Positions 60,722 to 64,000 of a DNA stretch of 64,000 nt are shown here, piece after piece. The position numbers were made by a program, and so were the translations under genes. A model generated the notes under the pieces. That model was not told the origin of the DNA and searched no databases. It worked only from the letters and a program-made list of their open reading frames with translations. Position 1 is the first letter of the stretch. The number at the start of each line of letters is the position of its first letter. Source of the stretch: Rhizomicrobium sp. (lineage in GTDB: Bacteria > Pseudomonadota > Alphaproteobacteria > Micropepsales > Micropepsaceae); contig DASXDS010000007.1 of the NCBI GenBank assembly GCA_036490455.1, positions 855 through 64,854 on the forward strand. The letters are read 5' to 3'.

Positions 60722-60878
60722 CGTGGCTCTCCCATCGCGATTTGTGGCGCTACAATGCAGCGAATCCGGAAGTTTCGGGAGTGGCGGGTTCGCGCCGCGC
60801 GGCGTGTCTTACAGCGGGGAAAAATCGGCGTTGGTTTGGCGCAGACGTTTCTCTCCATTCCGAGCCAGGAAGCAAGCC

Positions 60879-61982
60879 ATGAACACCGACGCGCTGAGGG
60901 TCATAACCCTGGACGGTGGACCGGTGGCACGCGGCCACCAGCATGGCGAAACGCTGCGTGAGAAGATCCGCGAACTGCTCGAGCGCTGGGACGAAGGCTT
61001 GCGCCGCGTCTACAAAATCGACCGCACGCGTTACGTCGAGCGTTTCTATGCAGAGACGCGTTTCGAACAGGCGTTGCAAAGCCACGCGCCGGCGATTCTG
61101 CAGGAGGTACACGCCATCGCGGACGGTGCCGGCGTCGACTACCGCACACTGCTCGCGTGGCAGCACATCAACGAGGAGTTCTGGCTCGCGCTGCCTACTG
61201 CGCCGCAAGGCGAAGCGTGCAGCACGATCGCGCTTGGCGGGAACGGCAAGACGCCCTCGCTGATCGGGCAGAATCTCGATCTCGATGCCTATCTGGACGG
61301 TTATCAGATTCTGCTCAGCCACCGATGCGATCGCTCCGATGGACGCATCCTGGCAACCAGCGTTCCCGGGATGATCAGCCTGAACGGGATGAACACGCAC
61401 GGCTTTGCCGTGTGCGACAACGCATTGGTGAAATTGCGATCCGACGTGGCCGGGGTGCCGATTTTTGCGCTCTATCGCCTGCTGCTGGAGGCACGCACGC
61501 TCGCCGAGGCGATAGCGATCATCGAGGCGCTGCCGCACGCGTCGGGATTGAACTGGGTAATGGGCGATCCCAACGCCGTCGCGATGTATGAGCGCAGCGC
61601 AGGACGCATGGTGAAATACGGTCCCGACGATCCGGCGCGACCGGTCTATCACACCAATCACCCCTTCCGGAACGAAGACGTCGCCATGCCTGCCGGAGCG
61701 CCGGAGCGGCCCACCCGCAGCACCCATCTGCGCTTCGCGGCCCTCGACGCGCGGCTGCGCGGACTCGACGAACCCCTGACCGTCGATCTGATCAAGGCGA
61801 TCCTGTCGGGACGCGACGACCGCGACTATCCGGTGTCGCGTGGCGGCGGCAAGAACGAGGAAGACGAAAATATCGGCTTCACGCTCGCCTGTTGCATCTT
61901 CGAACTCGACGCCGCGACGCCCCGGCTGCACATCGCCGCGGGGCCGCCACACCTCTGTGAATTCAGGACTTTTTCCCCCTGA
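60879..61982 (+). CDS. peptidase C45 family Ntn acyltransferase/hydrolase (isopenicillin-N acyltransferase-like)
   Basis: MNTDALRVITLDG...RGHQHGE start within track ORF 60723..61982. Candidate nucleophile Cys in GEACSTIALGG. ...GMNTHGFAVCDN...ASGLNWVMGD. Confidence 0.7.
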   Translation: MNTDALRVITLDGGPVARGHQHGETLREKIRELLERWDEGLRRVYKIDRTRYVERFYAETRFEQALQSHAPAILQEVHAIADGAGVDYRTLLAWQHINEEFWLALPTAPQGEACSTIALGGNGKTPSLIGQNLDLDAYLDGYQILLSHRCDRSDGRILATSVPGMISLNGMNTHGFAVCDNALVKLRSDVAGVPIFALYRLLLEARTLAEAIAIIEALPHASGLNWVMGDPNAVAMYERSAGRMVKYGPDDPARPVYHTNHPFRNEDVAMPAGAPERPTRSTHLRFAALDARLRGLDEPLTVDLIKAILSGRDDRDYPVSRGGGKNEEDENIGFTLACCIFELDAATPRLHIAAGPPHLCEFRTFSP

Positions 61983-62071
61983 ACGAATAGCGGATTTCGC
62001 CCTCCGGCGTGTCGGGCTTGACGCGTCGCTAACCGCGGCAGAAGGCTGTTTTCGTCCTCCCGGAGTGCCTC

Positions 62072-62497
62072 ATGGACAAGTTCGAGTTCGCAAGCCCCGC
62101 GTGGATCGCGGCATTGAAAGAGCTTCTGGTGGTTTATTCGGCAAAGGCCGGGCCTTCGACCAGCCTGAGCATCTGCGAGATCTTCAACAAGGTTCCAAAG
62201 CATCTCGACAAGCACGGCACCGGCACGATCGCCTGGCATTGCATCGTGGAGAACGGCAAGCTGGTGAAGTTCGAGGAAACCGCGATCGACGAGGCGGATG
62301 TCCGCACCGAACACGACTACGATTTCGTCGTGCCGATTGCGAAGAAGGTCTACTCGCCGGAAGGGATGGCGGAAGTCGAAGAATACATGGCCAAAGGCAT
62401 CGCCGAGGGACGATCGAAATCGACAAGCCGCGACCGCAGCAAGGTACCGCCGAGTTTTATCGCAATGCACAACGATCTGGCCGTGCGCACGCTTTAG
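62072..62497 (+). CDS. small hypothetical protein (possibly SCP2-like)
   Basis: 141 aa. SPAWIAALKELL N-terminus is reminiscent of SCP2-type proteins. Weak assignment. Confidence 0.45.
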   Translation: MDKFEFASPAWIAALKELLVVYSAKAGPSTSLSICEIFNKVPKHLDKHGTGTIAWHCIVENGKLVKFEETAIDEADVRTEHDYDFVVPIAKKVYSPEGMAEVEEYMAKGIAEGRSKSTSRDRSKVPPSFIAMHNDLAVRTL

Positions 62498-62522
62498 GAC
62501 GGCCGGCAACAGGGAGATAACC

Positions 62523-63401
62523 ATGGCAGAGCCGATCCTCTACGAAACGCCGGCGCCGGGCATCGCGCGCGTCGTGCTGAATCGTCCCGAGACGCGCAAT
62601 GCGCAGGACACGCGGCTGCTCTATGAACTGAACGACGCCTACGATCGCGCCACCCAGGACGAGAGCATCAAGGTGATCGTCACTGCGGCGAACGGGCCGC
62701 ATTTCTCCTCCGGGCACGATCTTCGCGAGCGCGACCACCTGGAGACGCAGGACCGCTACAAACCGGTCACCAGCGCCACCGGCTATCGCCGCGCAGGCGC
62801 CGAAGGCCGACAGGCGCGCGAGGAGGAGATTTACACCGGCTTCTGCGAGCGCTGGCGCAACATTCCCAAGCCGACCATTGCGGCGGTGCAGGGGCGCTGC
62901 AGCACCGGTGGTCTCATGCTGTGCTGGCCGAGCGATCTCATCGTCGCGTCCGACGATGCGGTATTCGAGGATGTTACCGTGATGCTCGGCATTCCGGGTG
63001 TCGAGATGTTCAGCCACGCCTACGAGCTCGGTCCGCGCAAGGCCAAGGAGATGCTGTTTGCCGGCGCGCATATCAACGCCGAGGAAGCGCGGCAGATGGG
63101 CATGGTCAATCGCGTCGTGCCGCGCGCAGAGCTCGAAGCGGCAACGCTGGCGCTCGCGCAGCAGATCGCGCTGCGGCCGTCTTTTGCGCTGAAGCTCGCG
63201 AAGCAGGCCGTCAACAATGTGCAGGATGCCGCTGGCCGTCATGCCGCGCAGGCAACTGCGTTCGCGATGCATCATCTCGCACACAGCCACGCCATGGAAG
63301 TGTTCGGCCTGCCGGTCGATCCCGGCGGCGTTCACAAGGGCGTCGCGGGCACCTACGCCAAGGGCGACGAGCCCTGGCGGCAGAAGGCGAAAACCGCTTG
63401 A
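62523..63401 (+). CDS. enoyl-CoA hydratase/isomerase (crotonase) family protein
   Basis: ATG at 62523 within track ORF 62298..63401. GIARVVLNRPETRNA...VIVTAANGPHFSSGHDL...AAVQGRCSTGG. Confidence 0.85.
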   Translation: MAEPILYETPAPGIARVVLNRPETRNAQDTRLLYELNDAYDRATQDESIKVIVTAANGPHFSSGHDLRERDHLETQDRYKPVTSATGYRRAGAEGRQAREEEIYTGFCERWRNIPKPTIAAVQGRCSTGGLMLCWPSDLIVASDDAVFEDVTVMLGIPGVEMFSHAYELGPRKAKEMLFAGAHINAEEARQMGMVNRVVPRAELEAATLALAQQIALRPSFALKLAKQAVNNVQDAAGRHAAQATAFAMHHLAHSHAMEVFGLPVDPGGVHKGVAGTYAKGDEPWRQKAKTA

Positions 63402-64000
63402 GACAAGACGAGTATCAGAAGGAGGACGCCGTCGGTCTCGCCGCGCTGATCAAAAATCGCGACGTGAGCGAGACCGAAGTGCTCGATGCCGCGCTGGCGC
63501 GGCTGGATCAGGTCAACGGCAAGTTGAACGCGGTCATCGACCGGTTCGACGACGAGGCCCGGCAGGCGATCAAGACCGGCTTGCCCGACGGGCCGCTGCG
63601 CGGCGTACCTTATCTGATCAAAGATATCGGCGTGTGGATGAAGGGCCATCCGACCGCTGCCGGTTCGCGCCTGTTCAAGCAATCGGCGCCGGCCGCGATG
63701 GACAGCGAGCTGATCGCTGCCTATCGCCGCGCGGGGCTGGTGCTGTTCGGCAAGACCAATACGCCGGAGTTCGGTGCTGCGGCCGTGACGGAATCGCCCG
63801 CGTTCGGCATTGCACGCAATCCCTGGAGCCCGGGCCACACTTGCGGCGGTTCGTCGGGCGGCTCGGCCGCCGCGGTGGCCGCGAGCGTCGTTCCCGCCGC
63901 CCATGGCAGCGACGGCGGCGGCTCGATCCGCATCCCGTCCAGCTGTTGCGGCCTGTTCGGGCTGAAACCGTCGCGCGGGCGCGTGTCCTCTGCACCGCTG
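63398..64000 (+). CDS. amidase-signature family amidase, paralogue E; the 3' end runs off the right edge
   Basis: Absent from the ORF track because there is no stop in the window. A TTG at 63398 overlaps the crotonase stop. Manual translation gives ...GLAALIKNRDVS...YLIKDIG...GGSSGGSAAAVAAS...[14 protein letters not shown]. Confidence 0.85.
   Translation, partial: MRQDEYQKEDAVGLAALIKNRDVSETEVLDAALARLDQVNGKLNAVIDRFDDEARQAIKTGLPDGPLRGVPYLIKDIGVWMKGHPTAAGSRLFKQSAPAAMDSELIAAYRRAGLVLFGKTNTPEFGAAAVTESPAFGIARNPWSPGHTCGGSSGGSAAAVAASVVPAAHGSDGGGSIRIPSSCCGLFGLKPSRGRVSSAPL

Overview
High-GC alphaproteobacterial chromosome segment. Gene order and a characteristic ~122-bp palindromic repeat suggest Bradyrhizobiaceae/Nitrobacteraceae, but that is an inference, not a search result. 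All calls come from reading the sequence and the ORF translations. No BLAST or HMM search was possible, so product names rest on recognised motifs. The conserved backbone is purM, DUF1800/DUF1501, a pgsA-like gene, hdaA, ppk-ppx, tatABC, serS, surE-pcm-nlpD, yajC-secD, trmFO, uvrA, ssb, gyrA, coaD, a cyclophilin, queA, tgt and tRNA-Lys(UUU). Accessory DNA, some of it visibly more AT-rich, interrupts this backbone at several points. (1) 13.8-14.5 kb: a small islet after serS. (2) 24.2-35.1 kb, between trmFO and uvrA: vapBC, an operon of three tandem amidase-signature paralogues, two tandem paralogous polytopic membrane proteins, a TetR-VOC-MFS unit, a DUF433-fusion/DUF5615 pair and a ParE/antitoxin pair sitting directly downstream of uvrA. 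(3) 38.3-42.0 kb, splitting the usual uvrA<->ssb SOS divergon, with a GAAC-N7-GAAC LexA box kept on each side: an AT3/SGNH acyltransferase, a single-gene cassette bracketed by 25-bp imperfect inverted repeats, and a 524-bp element with perfect 17-bp terminal inverted repeats and an 8-bp direct flank duplication. (4) 50.2-51.6 kb: a serine hydrolase wedged between queA and tgt. (5) 52.9 kb to the window end: a tRNA-Lys-associated island with an integrase N-terminal remnant and a regulator-less cluster of unknown substrate (carboxylesterase, two PhyH-type Fe/2OG oxygenases, a GPH transporter, two more amidases, an NTF2-like protein, a C45 Ntn acyltransferase/hydrolase, an SCP2-like protein and a crotonase). 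The best candidates for something undescribed are the tRNA-Lys island cluster, the triple-amidase plus membrane-paralogue locus, the N-terminally extended DUF433 protein, and the repeat-bounded cassettes next to ssb. I found no rRNA, no CRISPR array, no transposase and no intact integrase. Many long ORFs in the track are antisense shadow frames typical of high-GC DNA and were rejected.
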